Assembly (NCBI RefSeq): GCF_006345805.1
Contig: NC_043008.1
Location: 23,002,001 to 23,066,000 of the forward strand
Origin: Octopus sinensis
Taxonomy: Eukaryota
Reading direction: 5' to 3'
Length of the DNA: 64,000 bases
The position numbers were made by a program, and so were the translations under genes. Numbering within the stretch: position 1 is the stretch's first letter; each line of letters starts with the position of its first letter. Below the pieces are notes generated by a model, which made no database searches, was not told where the DNA came from, and saw only the letters and a program-made list of their open reading frames with translations. Positions 25,180 through 39,338 of this stretch are shown one piece after another.

Positions 25180-27432
25180 AGTATGATGTGTGTTTTGTCA
25201 TGATGACCTATATTACAAACAACAAGGTAACTGAGGTAATTCGACGCTCTTGCATTAGAGGAACGTCAGAGTTAGAAAGGAAAACCTCTCGAACGACTGA
25301 GAACTGCTTTTATATTCTCTGTGGTGTTTTATCATTGTTGCTATGTGGTGTTTAAATGGCGAAGTAGATATTATATCACACTGTCTTTTAGATGGGGAAT
25401 CACCATCAAATACAATGCTGTTGTTTTTGAAGAAAACTCATCAAATATAGGGTTGTTTAAGTCATCGATCTGTCGATACCAAATAACAGATTATTGCAAC
25501 TTTGTGTGAGAAACAAAAATAATTTTCCTTTTTGTTGCTATCAAAATATTATGCTGGTTTTTAGGCAGAGCTACTCTCCTATGCTGTTGATGTAATTTTT
25601 ATTTTCTCGCCTAAAATATAAATTAATCAAGCTTGTGGGCGATTTGGAGGCAGTTATGGCTAAAGATTTGACAGAATCAAATCCAACTGCTTTTTACTTT
25701 TCCAAAATACCTAAGAAAAAAAAAATCCTCCTTCCCACAAACTATTTTGTCAAAGAAAATTAACAGCTTACAAAAGTTGAAGTTTTATTATTTTCTGTTA
25801 TATTTTTATTCATATTATTACTATTAAAACTGATATTCTACAAAGATTTCCGATGAAAACTTAAGTAAATATTTTATGCTCTTTATTTTAAGATGTTTGG
25901 ACGAGTTTATTTAAGATGGATGAAATTGTGAACTGTTACATTGTTCAATCTCTTTGTCATAACCCACTAACTTTTTTCCAAAAATCAGCTTAGGTGAAGA
26001 AATCTCAAATACACAAAAAATCGAGAAATTTCGATCAATTCAAATTCACTATGAACATTCCACATATCCTTTAAACACGGTATTAACCACAAACGAGATA
26101 ATTAATTTAATTGTAGTAAACATGGCGTCATTTGACAGAAAGATAGATGTTTAACCTACGACAAAATCTTGAGACAGGAGCAACCTTGCGTGCCATCGTT
26201 AGCTGGAACGATTACTTCTGTGTGTTAGTAAGATGAAATCATAAGATTACAACGGCCTTGAATTTATGTCGAGTACAATAATTATGTGTCTCAACGTTAA
26301 AAAAAAAACCAGAAAGTAACAACCCATTATGAGAGGTCTTAAGCGAGTTCGATAATTTGAATTGCCATGAGGTGTGTCTGTGAATTTTCGCAGAGAAATA
26401 ATCTTCGTTTTTTAATCTCTTATGTAAAAGTTCTCTTGGATTAAGTTTCTAAACTTAGACTTAGCAAATATTGAACATTTTTGTCTGTTTTCTTTTTCAC
26501 TCACTTTGAAAAAACCTGTTCTAAAGTTTCTAAAGCGAAGAATATAAACTATTTATTAAAGCTATTCAATGGAAATCTTTTGGAGGAAATATTTATACAC
26601 ATAGTAACATCGTTAAGAATAATAATTATTCATGATTTAGGCACAAGGTCAGAATTTTAGAGGAAAGAAGTTAGTTGATTACATCGATCTCAGTACTTCA
26701 CTGATCTTTATTTTGTCAACCCCACAAGGACAAAAGCAAAGTTGAGGATTTGAACTCAAAGCATAAAGACCTGAAATGAATAATTAAAGGCATATTTGCC
26801 GTCGTTCTAACGACTCTGCCAATCCAACGCCCTGAATAAGTGTTCATAATTTAGGCACAAGGCCAGCGATTTTAGCGGATGGAGTTAATTATTTGCACCG
26901 ATCCCGGATGAGAACATCGTCGATTATAATTCATGTGTCCCACTGCCCACGGGTGTGATATCTTTATAGAAATATCTCTCCTATGTCACACTATACGCTT
27001 CACGTGGAGTGAAATAGTTAATAATATCTATTGTTATCTTTTTAAGGGACTTTCCCGTCTCTATGATGTTTCTCTTTCACTGGTTTTGGACAAAACATTA
27101 ACTCTATAAATATTTATTTCACTCTTTCTCTCGGCAGTGAACAGCGCTTTATGAAGGGGGAAATACAATAAAGCTGATAATGTATTTACATATATACATC
27201 TATATCCTTTTACTTATTAATTTGTTTCAGTCACTGAACTGCGGCCATGCTGGAATAGCGCCTTCAAAAGCTTCAATCAGTCAAATCGATCCCCGTAGCT
27301 ATTTTTAATGTCTAGTACTAACTCTGTCAGAAGAACTTTTTTTGCCTAACTGTTAGATTTGGGGACGTAGACAAATCAACACCACTTGTCAAGCAGTGAC
27401 ACACATACACGCACACACATACGCACACACAT

Positions 27433-27473
<41 letters not shown>

Positions 27474-28939
27474 TCTGCTTACGGGAGGTATCATGCATTC
27501 GTCGCTGCTTTGAATCACGAGGCGACTGCTTCTGATCGGAAGAAGAGCGTCCAGTTTCACCCGTCCCGAGTTAAAGAGTAGATCGAGGCCACCAGGGCTC
27601 CAGGGCCTCCAGACGTTCACTTTACCGTACGGAGTTATGTGTCATTCTCTGCTGGCGCCAGCTATCATGAAGGTAACTTTGGAGGAAACCACACATATAC
27701 AACGGGTTGTTTTCAACACAGTTTCCGTCTATAAGATTTTCTCTCAAGGCATTGCTCTTCCCAGGGTCATTGTAAGAGACACTGGTCTAAGGTAATATGT
27801 AGTAAGATTATATCATTATTATTGTGGCTGGGTTCCAACCCGCCCCCCCCACTTTGTTTTGGCCTTTCAGTAACTTAATACTGACAGGAGTCGTATACTC
27901 CTCCAGCAGATTGCATTTTCTCATTAGTAAAGACAGTATCTCCCACAGTGAAGCAGAAATTGCGTGGATCCAATGAACCACTCTGTTGAAGCATGCATCC
28001 ACCGCATACCAGCCTTCTGCAATTCAAGACTGGGATTTTTTTTATCATTGAAGTTTACTCCCCTAGGTATATTTGGTCCGGGACTGTTTATTTTTATATT
28101 CACAGCTAACCTTTATATTTGAAGGCCCTTCCCCTATCCGCCACCTGGGGATCCGGTGAATGAAAGTTTTCTCTCCACATCAGGGGCTGCCAGAAGTTGG
28201 TTTGGCTCAGTTCTCTCCACCAACTGCTGGAGGTTTACTCCCTTAGCCTTTCACACTCCCGTGTGTATAAACAGAAACAAAAAAATAGAAAGACATAAAA
28301 AAATGTTGTAAGAATGAACCTAAAATCAAATAGCTGCAAAACACTTTTTAATCAAGCAGCTGTGCTCGAGACTAAATAGAGAGTTTTTCTTAAATTATTT
28401 TGGAAATGTAAAAAAAAATTAAAATATATGATTTGCTTGTATGACTCTCTTAGGAACGAAATCTGCTAAATCGGCCACATGTAATATTTCTTAGAGAATT
28501 TACCTTTAGTTTTAGCAAGAATATAAAGAAATTGCCTAAGAGATAGAAGAGCAAACCGTTTCTGTGTATCGATTGTGCAACATCAAAATATTTTGACGAA
28601 AGATTAAAACAGATTGTTATCTTTGTTTCTCACGCAAACGTGTAAAAATTAGATTCACTATCTTTAGCGTTTGTGATCAGGTGTATATATCAGCGATATC
28701 AGCTTATTTTTCTTTCTCAATATAAACTGTTTCTTGTTGCTACGTGGAGTGGTGAATAAAAAAAAATTAATGTTTTGTTTGAAAAACAGTTAAAGAAAAA
28801 CCGACAAGCTTATAAGAAATGCCTTTTGAAAAAGCGTACAATATATTAAACTACTTTAATACATGAAAATAATTTTCCGGAAGAAGCTCTGGATTATTTG
28901 GCGACGAGATAATTGATTATATCGGCTCCATACCAAAAC

Positions 28940-29480
28940 TCCCTCTCTGCTCATTCAACTTCGAGTACAGCTCCATTGCCCTCCTGAACGACACTCGCGA
29001 GCAGCCACTAGATGTCCAGCCTAGGTGGAACTCTTTTTATCTTAACGTGATGGGTCTTCCTCCCGAAATAGGCTGGAACGATGGAGAAGACGTTGTCACA
29101 AATGGTAGCTATGGAATACTTCAACGCTAGTATTTCGCTTTTCAAGAGAACCTCTTCGCTTTCAAACCGTCTCACCCTCGACGCATGATCTATGCATACC
29201 CACACTTCTTTCCACCTGGGTTTGTGTTGTCGATTTCGCGTCGGATTTTAGCCAACACACAGCGACAAGAGTTTTCTGGCAGTTGTTGTCAAGATCTCAG
29301 GTGAGTTGACACCTTGTGCTCTCCTCTCATTCAACTCCACAAGTTGTTTGGCTTCTGTGAGTCTTGTCTCCTCACCACTTAATGAGAGCTTAAAGAACTG
29401 CATTGATTTTGTTGGCCATCCTAGCAGAAGATTGTCTGCCCATGAGGTTGTCCCTACAGCTTTCTCTGTCTTCCCCGTTA
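28940..29480 (-). pseudogene. LINE ORF1 remnant, same family as 62861-63811
   Basis: RRFESEEVLL...IVPAYFGRKTHHVKIKRVPPRLDI*WLL aligns with RFILEEEA...LLPLYCGKCVARVWVGQVPPELEEAWL. Confidence 0.6.
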
Positions 29481-29889
29481 TTCATGTTCTTTTTCTCGCT
29501 ATTGTAACTGTTACTGTTGCTGTCTTCTTCTTCTTCTTCTTCTTCTTCTTCTTCTTCTTCTTCTTCTTCTTCTTCTTCTTCTTCTTCTTCTTTTTCTTTC
29601 AGTCAGGACTCACGCCATTAGCCACAAAGAATAATCTCTAATTCGAGCCTACTCTAAGCTACTAAGAATGCGTGTGGCAACTTGAAGATCCACCCACCAC
29701 ACGCGATAGACTGGCGGTTGCACGGGCGTGACAGCTACGTTGTTATCCTCATTCCGTAAACGGTGGCTTTTAACGGGTGGAGAGCTGAACCACCCTGGGG
29801 GTACAGAGGATTCGCAATCTAGACTAGGGTCTGAAAGTTTACCACACCATAGTGGATTACACCATGGTTCCTCTGCTTTGTGGCAAAAG

Positions 29890-30077
29890 TAGGAAGAAAG
29901 AGTGAGAGAAAGTTGTAGTGAAAGAGTACAGCGGGGTTCACCTCCTCACCCACTGGAGCCTCGTGGAGCTTATGTGTTTTTGTTTAATAAACACTCACAA
30001 TGCCCGGTCTGGAAATCGAAACCGCGTTCTTACGACCGTGAGTCCGCTTTCCTAACCACTGGGCCATTGCACCTCCA
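29890..30077 (-). mobile_element. SINE family C, 5' part
   Basis: Reverse complement of the 3182 and 50073 heads. Confidence 0.8.
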
Positions 30078-30559
30078 CTACTGTTGCTGTTGGCATTGTT
30101 ATTACTGTTGTTGTCACTGCTACTATAGCTCTTGTGTTGTTATTGCTGATGCGACTACAGCTGCTGCTGCGACTACTGCTGCTGCTTCTGTTGTTGCTAT
30201 TGCAGCTGCAACTGCTCCTATACTTTTTACTTTTGTTTGCCCTATATGAGTTGATCTTTGAACTGTATTCATAACAGTTTTCTCCTCTCTTTCGCGAGTG
30301 TTGCTGTTGCTTATGGTGCTTTCACTAATGCTGCTATCGAGCCTCGTTCTCTAATGAAGCTAGTACCACTGTGAGGCCCTCCCACTACCTTCTAATTCAA
30401 ACAGTTTGTCGCCGGGAATAAACAAACGTGAGTGAAAAATATTACAATTGTGTCCTTTAATGTACCACTTATTTCTTTATTGCCCACAAGGGGCTAAACA
30501 TAGAGGGGGACAAAGAAGGACAGACAAACGGATTAAGTCGATTATATCGACCCCAGTGC

Positions 30560-30925
30560 GTAATTGGTACTCACGAGCAGAAGTAGTGGGGGAGCATCAT
30601 AGCCATGTGTTGAGAGGGATTCTTAGAGGTTTAGATAATTCACCTTTGGAAACATGGATGGTTCGTTCAACATCCTTAAACAATCCTTATTCAGGGACCT
30701 TTTGAGCAGGATGGGCTACACGACCAGAAGAAAATTCTAACTGGGCCCCACCTGCAACGTCATGTGCTGTTTATCTTGATATGAGATCACCATGTCGCGC
30801 ACACATGGTTGTGATGCATATGCCTAGTGTACCCTCATCATACGGGTAGTCATGATGGCTATACTGGGCTCTGTATATTTTACCCCAGTGTCACTTTGAT
30901 CGTATGCACTGCTCTCTCACACAAT
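30560..30925 (+). mobile_element. Probable retroelement 3' fragment with (AAT)n tail
   Basis: GC-richer block ending in a long (AAT)n, between family-A SINE fragments; family not assignable from this window alone. Confidence 0.4.
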
Positions 30926-30932
30926 GATGATG

Positions 30933-30990
<58 letters not shown>

Positions 30991-31180
30991 TAATAATAAT
31001 AATAATTTCTATTATAGGCACAAGACCTGAGATTTGGAGGAAGGGGTCAGTCGATTATATCGACCCCAGTGTTTCACTGGTACTCAATTTATCGACCTCG
31101 AAAGGATGAAAGGCAAAGCTGACCTAGGCGGAATTTGAACATTTCGTCCAGCGCGATAAACATTCTGCCAGATCGCCGCC

Positions 31181-31242
<62 letters not shown>

Positions 31243-31975
31243 TAAAAAAAAATAAGTGTACAACAAATGTTACACTGATGGAAGGTGCCAATATTAACAT
31301 AAAAAGACTGAGGGATTTCTTGTATTACCCTTTTAGCAATAAAATCTGTCAAATCAGCCATAATTTTTCTTTCAACGCTAGTTAGCCCCCGTAGCATAAT
31401 TTGCTTTTAGTTTAGGCGATAATATGAAGAAAGTGTTTAAAAGATAGAGTAGGCAGCAGTCTCTAAACAGTAAATTGTATAGTAATATATTGTTTAAACA
31501 ACAATAAAACGGATTATTTGTGTTTCTCACACAATAGTGTCATAATTAGAGTTAGCAGCTTCAGTGTCTTAAGCACTAGTGATCAGGCGTATATTTCAAT
31601 AGATGATCAGTTGTATTATCCTGTCTCTATATTATCCTTTCTTCATATATAATGCTTGACACCGAGAGGGAGATGAATTATAACAACTATAGATATAATA
31701 TATTTTGTCTAGAAACATGAAACAAAAGCTCGAGTTATTGTCTACTTCACCATATTGAATCTATACAGGAACAATAGCAGACGATACAATAAATGAGATA
31801 AACATATTCAACGCTGTTGTATTATGGATTTGAAATCAATGAAGTATGTCCCATCTGCTAGCAATGAAAAGATGTAGTAATATATGATTGACAACGCCAT
31901 GTTGAATCTACATATCAACTAATCTAAATTAGCACCACATTAAAAGAAATGAAAGTATTCAGTTCTTGGGTTTTT

Positions 31976-32047
31976 GGAAACAGCTGGGTTTGAACCGAGT
32001 AAACCTTGATCTACAGTTGTATTTTCTATCACTGAACTAATATAACA
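31976..32047 (-). pseudogene. tRNA-Cys-derived pseudogene, anticodon now GTA
   Basis: Minus strand TAGTTCAGTGATAGAAAATACAACTGTAGATCAAGG...CGGTTCAAACCC; lies in the shared flank unit. Confidence 0.6.
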
Positions 32048-32082
32048 TCATTTATTACTATACGAGGTTATTGCTTAATACC

Positions 32083-32866
32083 TATTTCTTTACTACCCAC
32101 AAGAGGCTAAACACAGATAGGACAAACAAGGACAGACAAACAGATTAAGTCGATTACATCGACCCCAGTGCGTAGCTGGTACGTATTTAATCGACTCTGA
32201 AAGGATGAAAGGCAAAGTCGACCTCGGCGGAATTTGAACTCACAACGTAACGGCAGACGAAATACCTATTTCTTTACTACCCACAAGGGGCTAAACTCAG
32301 AGGGGGACAAACAAGGACAGACAAACGGATTAAGTCGATTACATCGACCCCAGTGCGTAACTAGTACGTATTTAATCGACTCCGAAAGGACGAAAGGCAA
32401 AGTCGACCTCGGCGGAATTTGAACTCTGAACGTAACGGCAGACGAAATACCTATTTCTTTACTACCCACAAGGGGCTAAACACAGAGAGGACAAACAAGG
32501 ACAGACAAACAGATTAAGTCGATTACATCGACCCCAGTGCGTAACTGGTACGTATTTAATCGACCCCGAAAGGATGAAAGGCAAAGTCGACCTCGGCGGA
32601 ATTTGAACTCTGAACGTAACGGCAGACGAAATACCTATTTCTTTACTACCCACAAGGGGCTAAACACAGAGAGGACAAACAAGGACAGACAAACTGATTA
32701 AGTCGATTACATCGACCCCAGTGCGTAACTGGTACGTATTTAATCGACTCCGAAAGGATGAAAGGCAAAGTCGACCTCGGCGGAATTTGAACTCTGAACG
32801 TAGCAGCAGACGAAAAACCGCTAAGCATTTCGCTCGGCGTGCTAACGTGTCTGCCAGCTCGCCGCC
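32083..32866 (-). mobile_element. SINE family A tetramer
   Basis: Four ~184-bp units plus head; TGCTTAATACC at 32072-32082 and 32875-32885. Confidence 0.9.
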
Positions 32867-33087
32867 TTTTTTTGTGCTTAATACCACAATTCTTTAAAGA
32901 AAGCCAAGGACTGTAACGTTAGAAATGCACACACTTCAAGACAATTTGCCTTATAGAACTGTTATTTGATCGCTGGTAGTTGCTTATTAGTTTATGGAAA
33001 TGAGAGATTTCTTTACTGAAACGTAGAAAGATTCAGGCTTAATGTAGTCTTCGTATGATTTCTAAATTACTTATTGGTTCTCTTTTC

Positions 33088-33523
33088 GGATCTTTTCGGT
33101 TTGAACGGCAGTTTTTAAAAATAATTTCCACGTAACTAAACACTTTTAAACTTCGTATACTGGTAGAATGTGTTTATAAAACATCTTTTTCTCTTGGCTT
33201 TATTGAGAAAATTCTATAGTTTGTAAGATATTTGTTGTTCTTTTTCTTCAATTTCTGCAATTTCAACCAATCAATGACGTCTATTGTGGTGAAAACATTC
33301 TGTGCCGTATGAATATGTCCCTCGTTTAAGAAACAGATTGGGTTTATTTACATTTCTGAAGAAAAAAAAGATACCGTTCCCTAACTAACCCTAACCCTAA
33401 CCCTAACTAACCCTAACCATAAAACAGACTGAAATGCAATAAATCGATACTAGGCTCATAATTATGGGTGACAATTTCATATGACACCGCTAGAAAAAAC
33501 TGCCGCTCAAACCGAAAAGATCC
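33088..33523. mobile_element. Merlin-like MITE with CCCTAA repeats
   Basis: ~30-bp TIR GGATCTTTTCGGTTTGAACGGCAGTTTTT; perfect 8-bp TSD CTCTTTTC at 33080-33087 and 33524-33531. Confidence 0.85.
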
Positions 33524-33724
33524 CTCTTTTCTTACTATACTGTTAAATAAATCAACTGAGTGACACTTGTATTAGGAAGATACTTTCCAACTTGATCTGT
33601 TAAGGGAGTAAAGATATTATATTTCAGTACGGAAATTTTTTTGCCATATAACCACACGCACTGTATACTCATTCTTCACTTTAGCTTTATTCCTATTCTT
33701 ATTCTTATTTTAGTGTCCTTTGTT

Positions 33725-33859
33725 TGAAATCTTTCGTCACACACCCTGTGACCTCTTCAGTGACTCTCAACCCCACATGTCTCCTGTCCTTTCTGAAATC
33801 TTTCGTCACACACCCTGTGACCTCTTCAGTGACTCTCAACCCCACATGTCTCCTGTCCT
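33725..33859 (-). repeat. 69-bp tandem duplication, each unit carrying an HHR-like core
   Basis: Minus strand CTGAAGA-G-GTCACA-GGGTG-TGTGAC-GAAA, twice; helix I partner not found. Confidence 0.6.
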
Positions 33860-33921
33860 GTTTAGTCCATTATAATAAAAACTGCAAGAAGCTGTATTTT
33901 ACAAGACATTTTATGATTGCT

Positions 33922-33976
<55 letters not shown>

Positions 33977-34129
33977 TTTCAAATTTTGGTAAAAGGCCGA
34001 CAATTTTGGGGATGGTATAAGTCGATTAGATCGACCCCAGTGTTCAAGTGGTTCCTGAATATATGTGTGTATGTGTGTGCGTGCATTCATTCATTCATAC
34101 ATACATACATACATACATACATACATACA

Positions 34130-34161
<32 letters not shown>

Positions 34162-34204
34162 CATGCATACATACATATATATACATACACAATCCCCTTG
34201 TTAT

Positions 34205-34610
34205 TGAATACATACACAAGCATCAACATAAGGAATACTGGTGGGACATTCCCATCAAAACATCTATCAAGTGTAAACATAATAGACCGGATATTGTTGT
34301 TTGGGACAACAAGAAAAAGTATGTTCCTTCATTGAGCTTCAGCTGTCCTGATGTGAACATCTCTTTGAAAATCAAAGACAAAGATAACTATGGGCAACTG
34401 CATCGAAACCTCCAACTTTTATATCCAGATTATAAATTCACAATTACACCAATAATAATTGATGCACTTGGCTTTTTGAGTAAATACCTAAGTGACAATC
34501 TGGATAAGTTAGTTTTTAGGAAAATAAATCAACCATTTAATTCGCCTCACTAAAATACAAGTGGAACAATAAAAATATGCAAGACTTTTCCCAAGTTTAA
34601 GATATGACAT
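34205..34610 (+). pseudogene. Restriction-like endonuclease domain of a non-LTR retrotransposon
   Basis: WWDIPIKTSIKCKHNRPDIVVWD...SCPDVNI...PIIIDALG, frameshifted. Confidence 0.8.
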
Positions 34611-34757
34611 TGTTTTTGTAATCTACATTCCAACGGCGAAGCTTTGTAGTTTTGTTAGAAACCAATCCTTCCTCAGAGGAAGAATTTAAATAATTAAAAA
34701 AACAGAAGAGAACATACATACATAAATACATGCACACACACACATACTCACACACAG

Positions 34758-34875
<118 letters not shown>

Positions 34876-34918
34876 TACATACACACACATATATATATAT
34901 ATATGTATATCTATCTAT

Positions 34919-34971
<53 letters not shown>

Positions 34972-35140
34972 CATACATACACATCGTTGCTATTATGCAA
35001 GTGCCGTAAGTAAAAAACGTTGGTTTTGACAATTTTTGATATCTTGGGATCTGAAGCAGCTGGAGATACGATAGTTTGACCAAAAGAACCAGTATTGCAA
35101 GAAAAATTTGGACGTACGACAGTTTAACGTAATAGCAACG

Positions 35141-35176
<36 letters not shown>

Positions 35177-36231
35177 AACGGTATCTTCATGTGTTCAAAA
35201 TTAAACAGTCCTGTCGGAAGAAGAGCGAAAGGGTGTAACAAATGACTTGAAACTACTGTGCTACTACATTTCTCTGTGGTTTAGTCATAGGCCTAATAGC
35301 CCTCCTCTTAATTTATCACCAAATAATAGCTTGTGCAAAATCTGTTTTGTTATTTCAATGAATAAATACCAGGAAAATATTTCTAGCTAAATGATCTTCA
35401 TTTTTCATTTTGTTGAGCGAAAGTTCCCTTTGACTAAGGTCTCTCAGCTTAGAGACAGTAGGTTATACGGCGAAGGGATTGAAAGCTTTAACAATTCGTG
35501 ATTTCATCCATTTTGAATACATTGATCAAAGAATATATAATACATTTACTAAACTTTTACCACGGCAATGTATTGAGAGAAACATAAACTTTAATAGTAT
35601 TTATAGAAACTGTAATAACATAAATAAAATTATTACAATTTCATACTATTGTAAAATACTTGTTTTATTTTTCTGAATATATATTTTCACGAATGTTTTG
35701 GAAATGTTAAAGGTCAATTCTATTTGGTTTTGGCACACTTTTAGCAATAAAATCTGTGAAATCTTTCATAACTTTTCTTTAAATGTTAGATATTTATTCC
35801 AGCGTAATTTATTTCTAATTTTAGGCGAGGAATCATTTGATAGTAAAGGATGTCATCGCTTTTTAAATATCAGTTATATAACAAAATATTCTAACAACCA
35901 TGAAAAGGTAGGACAATTATACAATTGAATCAATACCTCGACTGTTTTGTGATCAGAGCTTTGTATCAATACATAATTAGCTCTATTGTCCTTTTATCCA
36001 TGTGATCTGATTCTTAGTGCCGATAGATGATAGATAGATAAATTATAAAATCATAGCATTAATGGATTTTTTTTTTGATCAGAAACAATGAAACAACAGA
36101 AACGAACACAAAGGAAGATCCCTTGAAACGAGAGTGTAACACATTATGCACGTCGCCATATTGACTCTACATAACAATTATGACATAAAAGACACAGAAA
36201 AGGCGACAGAAAATTTAAATACTGTTGCATT

Positions 36232-36302
36232 AAGGGATACTGGTGCTGAAACAGGGAACCTCTTGTTAGATATCAAATGCCCTACCACTAAGATATATCC
36301 CT
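36232..36302 (-). pseudogene. tRNA-Cys-derived pseudogene
   Basis: Minus-strand acceptor stem AGGGATA/TATCCCT; TTAGTGGTAGGGCATTTGA; anticodon loop and T-loop eroded. Confidence 0.7.
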
Positions 36303-37684
36303 ACATATGAACGACGCTCCTGATCTACAAAGTAACTGCTAATTGCTGTGTCGTCAACAAATTGTCAGTGGACAGTTTAAGGGAAACTAACGCGTTCGTT
36401 TACTGTGTGGGAGCTACAATCTCACAATGAGCACTTTTTAACTTGATAGTGAATATTGAGGGGAAAAGCTCAAGCGACAAAACAACCTTTCCTATTTCAA
36501 AACTAAAGATAGGGACCAAAACGTTAAAAAAATCTATACCGCTCAAGACAGTTTAACTATGTCTTCTAAAGTCTACGTATCTAACTCTACAGAAATTCAG
36601 GTGTGATTTCATTTAATAGACTCCAAAATCTAATCTTACAAATCACAAGGAATAGCAAGGCGGATGTTTATCTTTAGGGGTCTTGTAGGTCTAAATAATC
36701 TTCGTTTATATTTTCATCTAATAACACCAGATGATATATCAGATTCCTAATACCATTTTCAGTCAATTCTGTGGAGAAAAACAATACTGTTGTCCTAAGA
36801 GAAGCGATTTTAGATTATTAATCTGTCGTGTCAGAGTTCAATGACAATGAAGTTGTTTCAATATAGCCTCAACAGATTATAACGAAGGGATTAAACGATT
36901 TAATAATTCATTATTTAATTTCTTTTTTGATTAAACTAATCCAAACATTTCAGAACAAAAGATATAAAACGTTTACTCAAATTTTACTACGGAAGTCCGT
37001 TGAGAAACCTATCAGTTCTAAATCTAATTATATAAATGGTAATATGAAACAGCAAAGTAATAAAAAATATATTAAAATGTCATATTATCATAAGATTATT
37101 AATAAATGTTTTCATAGATGTTTTGGAAAAGTAAAAGGTCATTTGTATTTGCTTCTGTAACACTGTTAGCCGTAAAATCTGCTAAAGTGGTCATAAGGTT
37201 TCTTTAAACACTGGTTAGTCTTCTTAGACTTCTACAATTTTTTTTAGAAATTTTTAGTGAGATATAAAGAAATCATTTAAAAACTAGAGATGACAACTGT
37301 TTCTAAAGGTTAATTGTATAGCAACATAATATTTTCACAATAACAAATAAAAGAAAACGGATAATTATTTCTGGTTCTCACACAAAGTTGCATTAAACAG
37401 AGCCAATATCCGGATTGTTTACTATCAGATGTGTGCATCTATAAATGATTACCTCTGTTGTTCTTTTCTCCCTATAATTTGCAACTTGGTGCCGACGAGT
37501 TGATGAATTAAAATATATCACCGTGTTTTGTTCAGAAATGAAGAGACAACAGCAGCAGATTTGAAAGATGATCCATTGAAAACAGACTGTAATATATTAT
37601 CTATTTTACCTTATTGACCCTACATAACCACAATGGCATAAAAAACACAGCGAAGTGAATAAAAATACTCAAGGTTGCTGCATT

Positions 37685-37756
37685 AGAGGGACCCGGGATT
37701 GAACCGGAATTATCTTGGTCTGCAATAGAGTTCTCAACCACCGAGCTTTAATCCTC
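37685..37756 (-). pseudogene. tRNA-Cys(GCA)-like pseudogene
   Basis: Minus strand GAGGATTAAAGCTCGGTGGTTGAGAACTCTATTGCAGACCAAGATAATTCCGGTTCAATCCCGGGTCCCTCT; intact T-arm and GCA. Confidence 0.7.
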
Positions 37757-39338
37757 ACACGTTATCAGCGCCCATATTTAATATTTTATACAAACACAAT
37801 TCTATGGCAGAGAATAATACAGAGGAACTATGTTTGTGGTAAATAAATGTTTCAGTTGCATTTTTATTGACACTAATTTGTAAACAAATAGTCAATCGGA
37901 CTATTCATAGAAAACTACGATGGATTCGATTACCTTGAGGAATATAGAAAATAACATTCCCTTCTGAGAGTGAAGGTACAAGAGAATCCAAGAAGCGACG
38001 AAACTATTATTTTTTATTATCCTCCCTTTCAAGCAAATGGCTCAGAACGAAACATTAAAAATCTACATACCTCGGGGCAGAGTATTTTAACTCTTTAAAC
38101 TTGTCCTTTTTTTCTACTTTTAGTTTATTTTCGAGTCTGACACCTAATTACTGAACTCAACAGAAATTGCATTCCAATCTTAGTTTATAGCTACCTGGTT
38201 TATCCTCTTACAAATTACAAGCATGTACATAGCTTCTATCTATTTTTGCCATTTGGTCGTATGTCTAACACTTCTGCTTATATTTTCCCATATAACAACG
38301 CCGTGTAAATTGTTAAATTCGTCCTATAATTTGTAGTTAATGATGTGGATAAAGAGCACGTGAATACTGTTAGGAAATTGACATTGTTTTTTGAATTTAT
38401 TATAAGAGATTTCTCTTGCACTGAGTCCTCTCAACTTAGGTCCAGTATTTATAACGAAAAGATTAAACATTTTGACGTGTCCCTCTTTTATCAACGTTCA
38501 ATAAACTAACTCAAGCATTGTACAACAAAGAATTTAGAACTACTTACTAATGTCTTAAGTATGAAAAATTCTGAGAAAATTTGTCTCCGACCTACCTGCC
38601 ATAGAAAATGACAATAGAAATATAATATGACAGTTTAGCTACCAGATGGTACATTTACTACCAGATGGTACATAGTTAACCTTATATCATTGCCCATGAC
38701 AAAAATGACAGTAGAGGATTAATGATAGATTTAGGAATACTAAATGATTAGAATTACTGAAACGGGCTGAGAATTTAGAATCTTAGTTACGATACAAACT
38801 TAGTTGTTGGAGTAGAAATATTGGAAATTATAAAGAATGTTTCTTATTCTCCTATTTGTTATTGGCACATATGGAGTGATATATTATCATTTCTGTAATG
38901 ATGATGATAAACTTTGACAAGCTTATAAGTCTGATTTATTCGCTTCACTGAAAATTGCCATTACAGGATCTTCAACCTTTTTTGGGGGCATTCTCTCAGC
39001 CATTAAGCTCGAACATGCTTGTATTACCTTAAACATATTTAGCTTTAAGCCTTTTCGTCAATCGTGAACTTTCTTGTTAACATCTGAATACTTCGTCCGT
39101 GTTTTTCATCTGAAATTCATGTTAAACTTTAATACTTTTTTCTCTGGAACCTTTTTTTTTACCATGAGCATCGTGGTTGACCTTTAAAAATTTTTCTATG
39201 CATGTTCTCCAATTATTGTTTTAAGAAAAGAAACAATGTAATTTTCAAATCATGAATAATAAAGATAATAAATATGATAATATGGTTTCATACTACTGAA
39301 AAATGCTTGTATAAATATAATATATGCTTGTATAAATA

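Noticed and set aside
34640-34680. Minus-strand CTGAGGA with a short stem
   Set aside because: The GAAA element is absent; at best an unrecognisable relic.
38639-38674. 16-bp direct repeat CTACCAGATGGTACAT, two copies
   Set aside because: A simple local slippage duplication with no further structure.
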